Origin: Leidyana gryllorum EB-2025a
Lineage: Eukaryota > Protista > Apicomplexa
Direction: 5' to 3'
DNA: 64,000 bases
Assembly: GCA_048772705.1 (NCBI GenBank)
Contig: JBLWGC010000230.1
Location: 496,001 to 560,000, forward strand
Part shown: positions 1-13,196 of the stretch, piece by piece
How the letters are laid out: the number at the start of each line of letters is the position of its first letter
How positions within the stretch are numbered: position 1 is the first letter of the stretch
The notes under the pieces: generated by a model
Told to the model about the DNA's origin: nothing
The model's input: the letters and a program-made list of their open reading frames with translations, nothing else
The model's database searches: none
Made by a program: the position numbers and the translations under genes

Positions 1-176
1 GTTCCTGGTGAGTGTGAGCAAGGCATCAAGCTGACTTGTATGGCTCCCAGACGCTTTGGATGCATTTCCAGCTCTGAAGGGTTTGCTGGAACGAGTAGCA
101 GCGCGTCCGGCAATCAAGGGGTGGCTGGAGAAGAGGCCAAACACCCCCGTTTGAAAAAGAGTAGAGAGCATTTAGA

Positions 177-1812
177 ATGATTATGTTAGAACAGTATGGA
201 GAACGTATACTACAACGAAACGAACCTGTACGGATGGCTGGTTGAAAGGCTCGGGAAGACTTTGGGTGTCTGCAGGTATCTTGGCGACTTATCACAGATG
301 ACCTAAATCTGCGCCCTGCCGAAGGGAAACGGTGAGGCGATGGTTGTCACGTAGTCATCGGCTTGAGTTTTACAGACAACTGGCGGCTTTGGCTTGCGAT
401 ATATTAGCGAAACAGAAGTACACATTGCCGCTATCTCTGGCGTTCGTCTGTCCGCGGAAAGATGCTGAGGGCAACCTGTCAGGATTGACGGGACAAGATT
501 TGATTTGCGCTCCTGGGGCGGCCATCAGTTGGCCGCCAGCAGGGTGGCTGACTGAACGATTTCCTGCAGCGGAGGGCTACGATCCCAACAATATATATTT
601 AGAACACATAGCGCTCCAGCCGAGCTCCTCGGTTACAGAACGTAACAGGGCACTTCGGGAGGTGAGAGATGAGAGTCGCTGCAGTGGTGAATGGCTGACA
701 GGAACTGAGTGCCCAGGCGCGGTTGTTCGCAGAGTCGAGGAAGGCTGATGTACTTTATGTCCCTCCGTAAGCAGTGTGGAGCTGATTTACAATCTCGATT
801 TGTCAGTTCAAATTCCATCCTGCTTGGTGAGTTGACTAAACGCGGCGAGCGTCGTCCAGAGGCCCCTCCCCAAAGTGGGACAGCCAAAGCCACTGCCCCT
901 GCCGTTGGTGGAGCATCGGCCAGCAGCACTGATAAGCCTCCGGCTGGAAGTGCCAAACAAGTGCCCGAGTCGGCCACCAAGAAACCCACTGCCCCGCCAA
1001 CATTGATAGAGTCGATGACGAAGAAGAGTACCCCGACGCCTCTGACCTTTAGTGCAGCCCCGAAGCCGAAAGCCGCTGGTCACCGAAAGGGTGTCAAACG
1101 GCCGTTGCGAGAGGCCTCTCCCGCACCTTCGCCAACGGGCTCTGATCGTATGACAGATGAAGATCCCAAACCAGCCCCCCCCACTCTTAAGAAGCTGCGG
1201 CGCACCCCCACCCCACCGCCTCTGAGTGCCACTGACACGGCACAGTCTCGGAAGGCTGTGGATGAACCGTTGGCGCCGGCGCCGGCGCCGGCACCCCCCC
1301 CGCCGGCTGCGACAACGAGCGCCAGAGAAGGGGGGGTCAAAGAGGACGTGGTCAGTGCTGAAGACAAAGAGCGCAAACAGCGGGAAGCTCACGCCCTATT
1401 TGACGACTTTAGAGAAGAAATGGAGAACGTATGGCCGGTGCCCAACATTGCGGATCTGAGTGGCAAAGCTTCCACTCCACAAAAACAAGATCCTCAACCT
1501 CCTCTCCCCGCTTCTAATCCACCTCCACCTAAATCCAATATTACCAAACCGTCAACCGTTTCGCAGGACGTTATTCAGATGCGAGAGGAGGGTGATGCCT
1601 TGGGTAAGTTCTCCACAGCAGTCGACTCTCGGTGTCTGAATGTGTGTATGTACCTTCTCTCAGTCTTCCACAAGGCGTTCGTCGCCGCACCGGCCCCGGT
1701 ACCTAAAGGACCTTCTCCATCAAAAGCAGCAACCTCAAAGGGACCTGCCAAGGGCAGACCGGCTGGTCAAGCATCGCTCTCTATGTTCTTCACTGGAAAA
1801 AAACACCCTTAG
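177..1812 (+). CDS. POLD3: DNA polymerase delta subunit 3 (POLD3/Cdc27/Pol32)-like, multi-exon
   Basis: Spliced N-terminus MIMLEQYGERILQRNEP|VSWRLITDDLNLRPAEGKR|QLAALA resembles the Cdc27/p66 winged-helix start. It is followed by a long Pro/Ala/Lys-rich disordered region and a terminal PIP box QASLSMFF just before the stop. Confidence 0.65.
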
Positions 1813-2892
1813 ATGCAAAGGAAGGCAGCCATTAGACAATTCACGCAAACGGCTGAGGTCGACGACGCCACCGCCATCAAGTGGGCCATCAGACGCAATC
1901 ACCATCCCAAACCCACAGATTCCTCTCACGTGCCAACTATAACGTTAATGAAGCTTTGAATGAATACTATTCTTCCGGAGGCCTCGAGGGACGCGTCCGG
2001 GCTCCGGCCAAGGCACAAAGGGCGCTGGCTGCGTCGTTTGCGTCGGGTACGTACACTCAACAGGAGAATGATGCCAAAAGACCTCAGATGACGCCAAGGA
2101 CCTCATCACCGCCGAAGGGGTTGAGAAACTATGTAAAGCGATCAATATAGAACCGGTCGATCCCGCAATCCTGGTATTCTGTCACGCATGCGACAGCTCC
2201 AAAATGGGAGAATTCACTACTGATGAGTTCCTCAAGGGCTGTCAATCCCACAAGTAAGCGCACCAACCCAAAAGCTCTCCCTATGACAACAATATCTGCT
2301 CCTGCACAGTATCGCCAGTATAGATGGTCTACGGAATGCTGTCCCGCAGTGGCGCCAAGTTCTGCAGGTGAGAATTGCACTCAAGTCTGTCGTCAAACTC
2401 TGACTACCTATCACTATTGCTCCAGAACCCCGAAACCTTGCGTCCCATCTACCGGTGGCTATTCGGATACGCTCTCGAGACAAACATGAAAACCCTGCCA
2501 GGTGACATGGCAATTGACTATTGGAAGCTGCTCCTCCCGTAAGTATACTACTTCTCTGACCCTCAAACGACTTCTGCTCCCAGCCCTCTCAAGTTCGAGT
2601 ACTCAGAACAATGGATTGCCTTTGCCGAGTCAAGATTCTGTGGCGAGAATATCCGACCCGTTGCCCGGGATGTCTGGAACGTAAGCCAGTGTCGCCCGGT
2701 ATACTAAAATCACCTCCCTCAAGATGGTCTTCGATTTCCTAAAAGTAACCACCGCGGAGACCATCGCAAATTTCGACCCTGCTGAGAGTGAGCCAGCACC
2801 ACGCCGCACCCACAACATTCAACATCCCTGCAGGTGTCTGGCCGACCGTCTTGGACGAGTTTGTCATGAGCATCAAAAACTCGCCGCCATAG
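1813..2892 (+). CDS. DCN1: DCN1-like cullin neddylation E3 (UBA-like + PONY domain), several short introns
   Basis: Exons translate to MQRKAAIRQFTQ...FLSRANYNVNEALNEYY, ITAEGVEKLCKAINIEPVDPAILVFC...MGEFTTDEFLKG, YRWLFGYA, MAIDYWKLLLP, ISRDVWN|MVFDFL and WPTVLDEFV. Stop TAG at 2890-2892. Confidence 0.88.
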
Positions 2893-2900
2893 TGTATACA

Positions 2901-4020
2901 ATGATACTTCTTTCCATCTTCGGTGAAGATTCGCTGCGACCGATTGTGCGCAGGAAGTTCGGTTCTGCACACCACTCACTGCTTGCAGAACATCCTTCGC
3001 TGCTCCCCCTCACCCCCGCTGCTGTTCTTGTGGGCCACAGTAGAATCTGGCCAAGTGTATGCACGTGATGTCTCCGTTAGCACACGTGTGTTTATGTACC
3101 CCTTCCACAGTAGTGTGTTGTCGTATGTACTCCTTTTATCATTGACCCAAGCCATAAAGCCTCGAAGACAGGTCGTAGGGTGAGACCAACACAATCTTAC
3201 GAGTTATGATCGGTTTCTAGATGGAGGATCGATCCCACTGATGGCGATAGTGAGGTGAGCGGCAGTGCTGGAGGTTTGTAGATGTCACGACTCTGCCAGA
3301 TGGTAGCCACACTTCTTCTCGACCACGACATGATACACATTCAAGCACCTGGGGTGCGTGGACTCCGGATAGTTGAACAAACTTACCACTGTTCTTCAGA
3401 TTGTGCCATGGGATATCGATTACGTGAAAGATATATCCTACCCAGTTGAAACACTAGAGAATACCTGTGTGGCCCTCAGAGCCAGATTCGCGCTGCCGGT
3501 GGTTTTCTGTACGCCTTCCAGCCGTGAAAGGGATGAGTTGTGAGTGGGCAGATAACGTTGGATCAATGTAGAACTCTTATGGCCAGAGTCAACACTATAC
3601 ACTCGTTCTATCTTAAGCACACTACGCATATTGACAGTGAGATCCCCCGAATGATGAACGAGTGAGTCCGTCACACACCACGTTTGACTTTCCCCCAGAA
3701 TGAGTCGACGCCAATCGGTCGAGAGTGCTGCCGAAGAGGTACATGGAGAGCCCTCGAAGGGAGAGCAGGCCGATACCGAAGTCGGAAAAGCCAAGAAGGA
3801 GCAAGAGGATGACGCAAGTGGCGAAATTGGCGAGCGCCAATTTGAGGAAACTCCAGAAGACGCCATCGACAAGGCAGAGAGTGAATCTCTGGCAGAAGAG
3901 GCCTCGGAAGAAACCGTCAGCCTCCAAGGTATCCGATTCCATATTCTTCCGGATGCGGATGGCCAACTCCCAAGCGTCGTTTTAGACGGCCAAGAGATCT
4001 TCACACCACCCTCAGGATAG
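2901..4020 (+). CDS. hypothetical protein, multi-exon, acidic C-terminus
   Basis: ATG 8 nt after the DCN1 stop. GT-AG bounded segments are present, and the last ORF (3700-4020) is Glu/Asp-rich. No family recognised; exon structure uncertain. Confidence 0.4.
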
Positions 4021-7000
4021 CACGTCCTCAGTGTCCACTCCATCGAATTCCTCGTCCGGCTCGTCGGCTTGACTGAACTGGAGGAAGTGGGATGGCCTGA
4101 AGGGCAAATCATACATGTGTTCGACAACGAGCGATCATGCGTGCATACCTATGGAGTTCGTGACTGAACGGTTTTGGGTTCTCGAGGGCCAAATCGTATT
4201 TGATGGATTTGGAGTGTCTGGTGCCCATGAAACTGTAATTCCAAACGCCGCCACTGGGAACCATGAAGAAACCTGAGAGTAGGAATTGACATTTGTGAAG
4301 GATTCGGTTGATGTGGTCTCACCTGAGAAGACGTCCGACAGCAGGATCGGGATCTTTTCGTAGAAGTTGGTATTGAATCCAGCCACATTGACTGCTTGAC
4401 CAGGCTGAGAGATGATGAGATTAGTGTAAAGTTGAGATAATGTGAGAACTTACCTTTTGCCTCGCGCCCCATTCCAGTCCAGCGGGAGTGATTCTGAATC
4501 CAGAGAGCTCACAAGAACCCGGAGTGAAAGCGACGTGCATTATGATAGCACTGGTGACGTCGAGTCTGGGCATCTTGATGGTGCTGGCGGGCGACAGGAG
4601 GTTGGCCAGGTAAGCAATATCCTCTGGTGAGGGTTGTTGTTCGTTGGGAGTCGTCTGGATGAATCCGAGGGGCTCGTAGCTCTCCAGGAGCTGATGGTTG
4701 GGGAGCTGGTTGGGGAAGACGACGTGGTGCTGATTGCCTAATTGTGGGACCATCACAATACTGCGGACCTCTTTGACCTGAGGGTTGTCAGCCGGAGTGA
4801 CGCCATAGAGGAATCCACCGATGCGAGTGCGAAGGTCACCACAGCAGACGAAAGTCTTGAGGATATTTTTCGGGACCACATACGTGTAGGCATCTTCTTT
4901 GACCGAAACATTGTTTGAGTCGACAAATATCCTTTGAGCGCGCATGAAGAGAGTGCTGGAGGACATTGCTCGAATCCGCCAGTCGGTTTTGCTGCTGAAG
5001 ACTTGTTGCTCGTGAGGTGATTGAGTGGTGACGACGAGCTCGTCACCGTGAATGTTAGTGGTACGAGTGGTCGTTGCAGTTGCGGCAGCAGCGGCTCCTT
5101 GTTGGACTTTGGTTTGGGCCTCGATTTCTGCCATCTGTTGTCTTTGTAGACTGGGAGGAGCAATGTCCATTCCGAGGATGATATCTCTGATTTCCGATTG
5201 TGTGAGTGAGGCGACGTTGACATTGTTGGCGCGGCCGTAATCGACCAGAATGAGATCGGTGAGGGCGATTTCGACCTTCAGCCATTCCTGTACGGAGAGA
5301 GTGGGCCAGACGTGATGAGGTTGGGTGACGACGCTCCTGGATGGTCTGAGGATGACTTTGGCTCTGTCGGGGTTGACGTGTAGAGCCCTCAGTATCAGAA
5401 TGAGACGACTGAAAGCGGTATAGGCAGCGACAGTTTTGAGCCAATCGTCGTAGAGGTTGAAGAGAATCATTTCGGGTTGGGTGGCTTTGAGGATCATGTG
5501 GCCAAAGCGTTCGATCTTCATGATGGTTTGGAAAGGCAGAGCCAATTCACTGCCTTTGATGACAATATTGGGGAAATCAAGAAGATGGACTTCGAGTGGG
5601 TCGAGCATTCCCTTTCTGGTGACGATGATCTGTTTGGGTTGTTCTTCGACCGGGAGGGATCGGATGAGAGCAGCGACTTCTTCGGCGGTCTTCCATTTGG
5701 CGAGCTGACTGAGACGTTTTTGTCCGGCCCAGACGCTGGTGTGGATAATCTTGAGGAATAGTTGTCCCGTTTTGGGGTTGAAGATGAAGATTGCGCCATT
5801 GCTGGGTTTGGTAGTGAGGTTACCCTCGAAGGTTTTGTGGATTGTGACACGATAGACGTTTGTATCGTCGACGAACCAGATGGTTTGGTTGCTGAAGAGC
5901 TCTCCGTAGTTTGTACTGTCGAGGTGGGGTTCGGTGGGTTCACTGCTATAGAGCTGCAGACCTTTCCGAATTCGCTCACGCAAGACGTATAGGGCGGGAT
6001 TGGCCTTGATGATCTTCTTCATCGCTCTTTGCATTAGCGGTTTGATACCGGGGAGCCAGTTGCCGAATCCACTAAACAGATTATAGGCGAGATCGACGCC
6101 CAGCAGTACGCCAGTGGGGCTCGGATATATGGACATGTTGTCTGTGGTGTAATCCAAAAACTTGGCTCGGCAGTATCTTTCGATATCGTGGCTATCAAAG
6201 TCGCCCCATCTGAGCTGGAGATCGAGCCAATATTTCGTGGACGTCAGAGCGTTTCCGGTGTCGTAGACATCTTTGCTATCCGCGAGCAGACTTGGCTTGG
6301 AGACCTGCCATTTGTAGGCAGCGAAGAGGAGGATATCGGCGCAGGAGGAGTTCATCTTATAACTCTTCCTGGGGTGAATGGTCTCTTTCTGTACGGTTTC
6401 TATTTCGAGGGAATCCAACTCGGCATCGAGCACTTGGCACAGATCCATTACGATCGACTCGTGAATCTTCTGCCACAAGTGAGCTCTGAAGATTTGGATG
6501 AGTGAGATTTTCAGCGTCGGGATCTTTCCGTGCATGAAGATTCCAGTGAGATCGAGTTGTACTTGGAAACCCACATACACATTCGCGCGGTTGATGGTGG
6601 GACTCCACCACAGAGTGAAACGTCGATTAGGGATCTGGTTGAGACCGCTTCTCTGTGCATTGGTGAGTTTCTTGTATTTCATCGACTCTTCGAAACCCGA
6701 TGCCTTTTCCCAGAAGAGTCCTTCCCACGTTGGGAAGAAAGTGCCTTTGAACAGCGTATGTTCCAGAATACCCTCAACTCCACCCAGTGCTTGAATCATA
6801 TCAGTGCGGTAGTTGTTGAGGTTCCATAGCTTGCCGTCGTGGCGCTGATGAGTCCACCAAAACGGGTTCGACTTGAGCATCTGATACTGCTTAAAGTCCT
6901 GACGGGCTCGCCATCCTTTGTCATACGCGAGAGTGTGCCGGTCCTTCTGGAACAGAGTATTTATCCTCGGGATACCTCTGTCCCAACTGTCCTCGAGATC

Positions 7001-10000
7001 TTCCAGTGTGAGTCGGCGATTGTGTGCATTCGCTTCCTGTCTCTTGAGAGCGTATTCAGCCCACACCCGTTGTGAGTCAATGAATTCTGACTCCCAGGAT
7101 TGGATATATCGGTACAAGTTGGGAATCAATTGGTCCTGTTCGTGACTCATACCAGCCCGGAAGTGTGTAATGGCGACATCAGTTTGTTTGCTGTACTTGA
7201 GATCGCTCTGTGGGATCAGAATATGACCCATACTCAGCATACCGAGACCGCCCAGTTCCTTTGGAGTGTAAAAGACAACCGGTGGGAAACGGGAAGGCAT
7301 CTTGGAGTTCAGTCCAATCTTGATACGGGTCTGAATCTTGTTCTCACATTTCACCAGAAGGTCCAAGAGCTGTTCCGTGTGGATGACAGCTTCACGGTAA
7401 TACGTCATCAGTCCAATGAGAGTGGTATTCCATTTGTTGGCCACCTTTGTAAACGTGGTGCTACCCGAAGCCATCAGAATTTGACGCACACGATTCTCGA
7501 ACTTTTTCATTCCATCATCATCCACTCGAAGATAGGCATACGCAGTTGTCTCTTTGGTGAGCTCATTCTGCAACCGCCACACACCTTCGCGAGTCGCGCC
7601 ACTGCTAACGGCAGCAGCCGCTGCACTCAATCCTTCTTCTCCACTCACCCGACATTTCGGCAAGATTCTGACTTCGAATCCACACATGTTGAACAACAAG
7701 TTGGGATTATCGATAGAGTACACACTGACAAACGATGACTCCCATTCCAATGTCGCCACGGATCGCGGGAACCTTCGGGCAATGTCCCAAAAGACAGCTC
7801 TGCCAAAGTTGACATCGTGCTTCATTCTGCGCATTCGGCAATCCTTCGGCCAACACTTTTTGTTGTTGTAGCCAACCACGTTCTCATTATTGGGATCGGG
7901 ATTCTCCGTGAGGTATTTCTGAATCAGAGTGCGGGCCTCATCCGCGGGGTACTTGACCAGAATCCAAAAGGTGTCGATGTACCGGCAGTACAGCCTCACG
8001 GGGTGTTTGGTCTCCGTCTCTGTGTCGGCGTACTGCAGGAAATCATTGGGCAGTTTGGCGGGTCCAGCGATATCTGTGGCTCGGGTGAGACCCAATATGA
8101 CGATATCGAGACAGAGGGCGTAGAACTGGAAGACAAAGGAGCTGAACTGCAGACCTCGAATGAGTCCCAAGTAGTTGACGTGGTTCATATCCTTGAAGGT
8201 GATGCTGACGTTATTCTTGGCACTGATATAGTCCGCTATATTGTGATCGATAATCAATCTTAACAGACGATTCAAGAATGTGAGATCGACCTTCTCGTAA
8301 ATTCGTTCGAACTTGGACTGCATCAAAGCCAAACAGCTTCCGTCTTCATACTCCCATATTTTGTCCAAATTATTGATCCCTTGCGACCATTTGTACATCA
8401 GCAGCGGCGGGGGTTCACTATCGCTCGGCTTCACCCAGTTCGGGAACAGTCTGCGCAGATCGGCTTCGTACCACAGATACTGCTCCAAGTAGGCATCAGT
8501 GATCTTCTCCAAAGGATCGATCTCAAACACCGGAATCAGGTGAGAGTAGAGATCCATAAACTCGAGACTCACTTCCTTGAAGGCCCTTTGGGTAAGAAGA
8601 TGACGTTTGATCCGACTCAAAGCTTCGTGTGGGTTGTCATAGGCCTGTTCGATCAGTCCGAGCTCTTCTCTCTGAAGCTGATTGAGACGGGTCTTGACAG
8701 TATACGCCTCCTTCAACCTCTCCAGAGCCAAAATAAGCAACTTGGTGTCGTGTTTGTAGTTCAGAGGAGGGAAGGGAATGTGGAGGAACTTTCGACTGTC
8801 CAACCAATGGAGCGCTGTGGTATAAATACCGACGGCTTCCTCGGAAGTCATATACGGGCCGTCCTTCATGTAGGAATGCTGACGTTCCTGTTCAGCTTTG
8901 AGCCACAATCGAGTCAGCCGGCCGAGATTCTTCTTACAGACCGTCTTGTCGACAGTCGCTCCACGTCGGATCCTCTCTCTATTGAAATACGCCGCATTGG
9001 TCCACCAATCCGCCTTCATCTTGACATATCTCAGAATCACATTCTCAACCGGAGCCGGCAATCCCGGAACCTTCCAAGGAATATTGGCTTTCCAACACCG
9101 CCAGGCCTCAGTGAGATGCTGGAGCACCACTTTAGCTTTACTGTTCTTAATCCCTTCGGGCATCATATCGAGGAGGTCGTGCATGACAGCGGCTCTGAGC
9201 TCCAGATCGAAATAGGTCTCGACACGCTGTTTGGTGACAGTCTTGGCCACCCCCTTGTTGACTCGGCCTTCGAATTGACGAGCCAACAGGTTTCCGAGCC
9301 ACCGCTCCAACAAGGGTAGAACGCCGCGGAGGAAGAAGATCCAAACACGCCACCCGGGGGCCCAGAACCCACAGCCGGGACCCTTACCCACTGGGCCGGT
9401 ATTGAATCTGTAATAAATGAGATGCTTGAGGTCTTTGCACATTCGGACTTGACGCATCAATCTGTATTTGTAACGATACATTCCGGTCAACTGTCCGACG
9501 TGACTGAAGATATATTGCAAACCGTCTGCCAACTGGAAAGCGTCGACATTGCCGAGTCGATACTGAACGTGACTGTCCACAATGAGTTTGGTGAGACGAA
9601 GAATCTCTCGACACATATGGAACGCATTGCCGAAACGACTCTTCTTGCGCTCTTTGGTGGTCAAAGTCTTGACGGGTTTGAGGTTAAAGTTGTAATCCAA
9701 ATGGAGATAGTTGAGATTCTTGCGATGAATCAACAGGTTCAACATGTTGTAGCCTTGACGACACACATGAAGACCCGCCTCGACCCAGTCAATCTCTGTG
9801 CATTGGAAGAACTTTGTCGCCTTGAACAGTTTCAAGAGAGATCGCTTCTTGAGACTCCGCGGAGGCCGACTTCGCAGAAAGTTCAACACCCAACACTTCA
9901 GAAGCTTCTGGTAACTCACTTTCACCTTCGTCGGATAGGTTTGATCGCAGTGCTCACGGAACCAGGACTGAACCAAAGGAATATCGACCGCGCGCCGCGT

Positions 10001-11352
10001 TCGGCCGCTTCGCAGATTGAACGGCCGCGGAGCCCATAACAAAGCTATACCATTGGAAGTGGTGTCGGTCATCAAAGGAGCGTCCGCCAACAACGGCTTG
10101 AAGCTGTAACGGTCGTCGTCCTCACCACCGTCAGTCATCCGGCTGTCGTCGGCGGCGTCATCGACCGCCTCCTCGTCGTCTCCGGGCAAAAGTATCCGCC
10201 GTTTGCGGAACTTATTGCGCGGCCCAACGGGCAACTGGAAATTCTCAAAGTCCTCGGGCGTCAACAAGGACTCGTGTTTGCCCTGGCGGTAAGCAGGCAG
10301 GGGGTAGATGATGTCGTCAAAGTAGAAGGCCGGCTGTTCGGGGTCCTCTTGACGAACATAGGCAACGAAAGGAGAGTGGTATTTGGACAGAGCCACTTTG
10401 CGCGGACGGTCATTGTAAAGGAAAGGGAAGGCTATCTTGTACTCCGTACGGATCTGGTGCCGAATTACAATTTTATGGATATTGTTGAAGTCATTCCAGT
10501 CTTCGTCGTCTTCGTAAAGGTCGCGGAATAAAGGCTCGAATTTTGGGCCTCCTGGAATCGCCATATTCAGTGCTTTCGCAGTGAAAAAACTCTTCAGGTC
10601 AAACAGGTAAAAGTAGTTCTCGTCCACCAAGTCAGATAACAACTGATGCGCCAGACGATATAACACCCCCATTTGCTCCAACTCCAATCTCCAGTGACGG
10701 TAAGATGGCCCACTCACATACGTCTTGTCAAATTGCAGTGGCTTGTGGTCGTAAAACCAGTCTATCACACATGCATCTTCCTCTTCGTCAAGCTGCATCT
10801 GAATTGCTTCCAGCGGCTCCACGTCCAGAATATTGTCTCCGTAATCTAGGGGAGGTTCTTCATCATCAAATGGTGGAAATCGCATTCGCTTGAAGTGACG
10901 ACGGTCGCGCTTCTCTCGACGCATCATAATCCACATCGTCCCCCATTGAGCCAGATAGATCGGTTCAATTACCCAAGGAATCTCATTCACAAACGTTATG
11001 GCACCTGTAATATGGTACAACACCTTCACGTTACGAACTTGCTCCCATGGCATTGGCATATTCTCCAGCAGCTTATAAACCGCGTGAGGAACATACTTTA
11101 GTGCTCCCTGAACAATAAATTGTAACATTGATAACCAATCAGCACACCTTCACTCACCAAGTAAACACGTTTATCATTCCTGAATTTCCTGCTGCTCATA
11201 TCACCATGATCCGCGATGATTTTACGCAGGTGCTCCGGCGGCATCTCGGGCTTCAGACCACTCGACATATCCGTCGCAGCAAATCGGCTACCCAACTTCG
11301 GCCTTGTAGCCTCGTGGACACCAGGACTGCCCATACTGCTGGGGTCCATCAT
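4012..11352 (-). CDS. PRP8: pre-mRNA splicing factor 8 (U5 snRNP), 4 introns of ~47-52 nt
   Basis: 2235-aa ORF with unmistakable PRP8 sequence. The first exon contains [29 protein letters not shown]. Terminal exons read [16 protein letters not shown] and HR|PSHFLQF...EDVLS, with TGA at 4012-4014. Confidence 0.98.
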
Positions 11353-11620
11353 CGGCGACAAAGTCGAGCAAAGAAATTTTTCACCGCTGCCCCTCCTCCA
11401 CAAGGCCAACCCGGCCGCCCTACAATGCTGCAAGAGACATCAATCACACAGCACACACATGTTTGCAGCCTTCTATATACTTCCAATCGCGGTACTTTCC
11501 ACGCCTTATGCCCAACTTCTCTATCTCCGGCTTGATGGCCTAAAACCGGATTGTCAAAAACCCAGCCCAATTGCCCAAAGTGTGCGTTCCCAGTATAGTT
11601 CATAACTGTTCTCTATCAAA

Positions 11621-12438
11621 ATGTCCTCCTCCCTCACAGACTTTAACAGAAGGAGTGAGCTGATTATCCCCAAACCTCCAACAACAATTATTTCCGACTT
11701 TAGCAAGTCACAGACGCATGTACAGCTCTGAACGACGACTGCACTTTTGCCTATAGGTGTGTGTCCTTCTTATCTTGATTCTCAACCCTGCCCAGAACAC
11801 AGGACGGTGCTGCGACAGCCTGTGGATCCTCCCCAGATGCCGTTTTCTCGCTACAGAAGTCTACATCCACTGTCACCTACGTCAGAGCATCAGCTAGTGA
11901 GTTGTAGTGGTAAAGCTATGATGCATTCCTCTTCAAGTCGGGGCCGGAATTGAAGATGACTTTGAACTACGAGTAGGGGAATTAAAGTTCTGTTCTGAAC
12001 CGTCTCAACGTGTGGCTCGATCTTGGGGCGAGATCAGAGGATTGTGAGTGAAGTTGGTTTGGAACAGCTTGTGGCACACGACCCCTTTTTGGCAGATGTG
12101 ACAGTGTTGCCTGTGAGTCGGTCGCGATCAATCTGCAGGCCGGCAGCCTGCGGGATGGGGGAGGAATGGAAGTCGTGATGTGCTCGCCAGGAGACGCCAC
12201 GACCGTCACCAAGAACGATGGGTTCCTGACACTCATCAGGAAGCTTCGCAGTCGTGGAATACGGTCGCCCTCTCAGACTATGATCAAGGGACCTTGTGGT
12301 AGGTTAAGACCGATGAGAGTAATGTCATTTTTGTTACGGTACAGAAAATGGTCCAATAGCGCCAGACGGGTTTCTGGAACCCTTCCAGCCGGGAGACGTG
12401 GTCCCACACCGTCTCGAGGGGTAGAGGTCTCCGTCTAG
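11621..12438 (+). CDS. hypothetical multi-exon protein
   Basis: ATG after an AAA context, several plausible GT-AG introns and a final ORF at 12166-12438. No recognisable motif. Confidence 0.3.
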
Positions 12439-12481
12439 TTGTCTAAAATCTTCAGTCTTCAATTAGTTGTTGCATTTAAGA

Positions 12482-13196
12482 ATGATTGAGATTGCGTGCT
12501 TTTTAGGCGGATACGCCATTCAGTTGGGTGCCACTTCAATTCTACTGTCGCGCATACTGCGGAGGCGATCCATCTATGGACTGTCAGTGGATACACAAGT
12601 GTGTCATTTGATCGCCCTTCTGTCTCGGGCCTATTGGAGTAGTGACACGCGGCTGTTTGAGGTGAGGTCTATGTGACGTTGTCTTTAATTTGAGACTTCC
12701 CGCGTCCGCGCAGACAACATGGGGCTACATCGAGCTGCTGTCCAGTCTGGTGGTGACGATAATCTGTTCGGGAGCGTGTATCAGGCTGCGCAAGACCGCG
12801 GGGGCAAGTAAGGCCAAGAAGCCCAACATGTTGTATAGATGGCCTTGTTTGACTGGTGCGGCGATGACCCTCGCGATTCTGTGGCATCCGGGTATCCGGT
12901 ATGACCGCAGTCAGGTGATGGTGGCGTTTACAATGTATCTTGAAGCAATGGCATTGCTTCCCCAATTGAGCTTGATGAGGAAATTCGAGGAAATTGAACC
13001 ATTGACGACCCTTTACGTGTGGCTACTGGCACTCAGTCGTGTGACCAGGATGTTCTTCTGGGTGTGCTTGTTCTTGATCGGAGATCGGTTCTTGGGACTC
13101 TTCGCGGCGGATATTGTCCACACACTTCTGATTGGTCAGTACCTTTTCTACTATTACAAGAATCTGAAGCCGTACAAAGGTCATTTGGATCTGTGA
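12482..13196 (+). CDS. ER lumen protein-retaining receptor (ERD2/KDELR)-like, 1 intron
   Basis: Multi-TM protein with SIYGLSVDTQ and FTMYLEAMALLPQL motifs typical of the ERD2 family. Confidence 0.85.

Noticed and set aside
6690-6730. PRP8 intein at the canonical fungal insertion site
   Set aside because: The sequence reads uninterrupted [16 protein letters not shown] and the total length is normal, so this is an empty allele.
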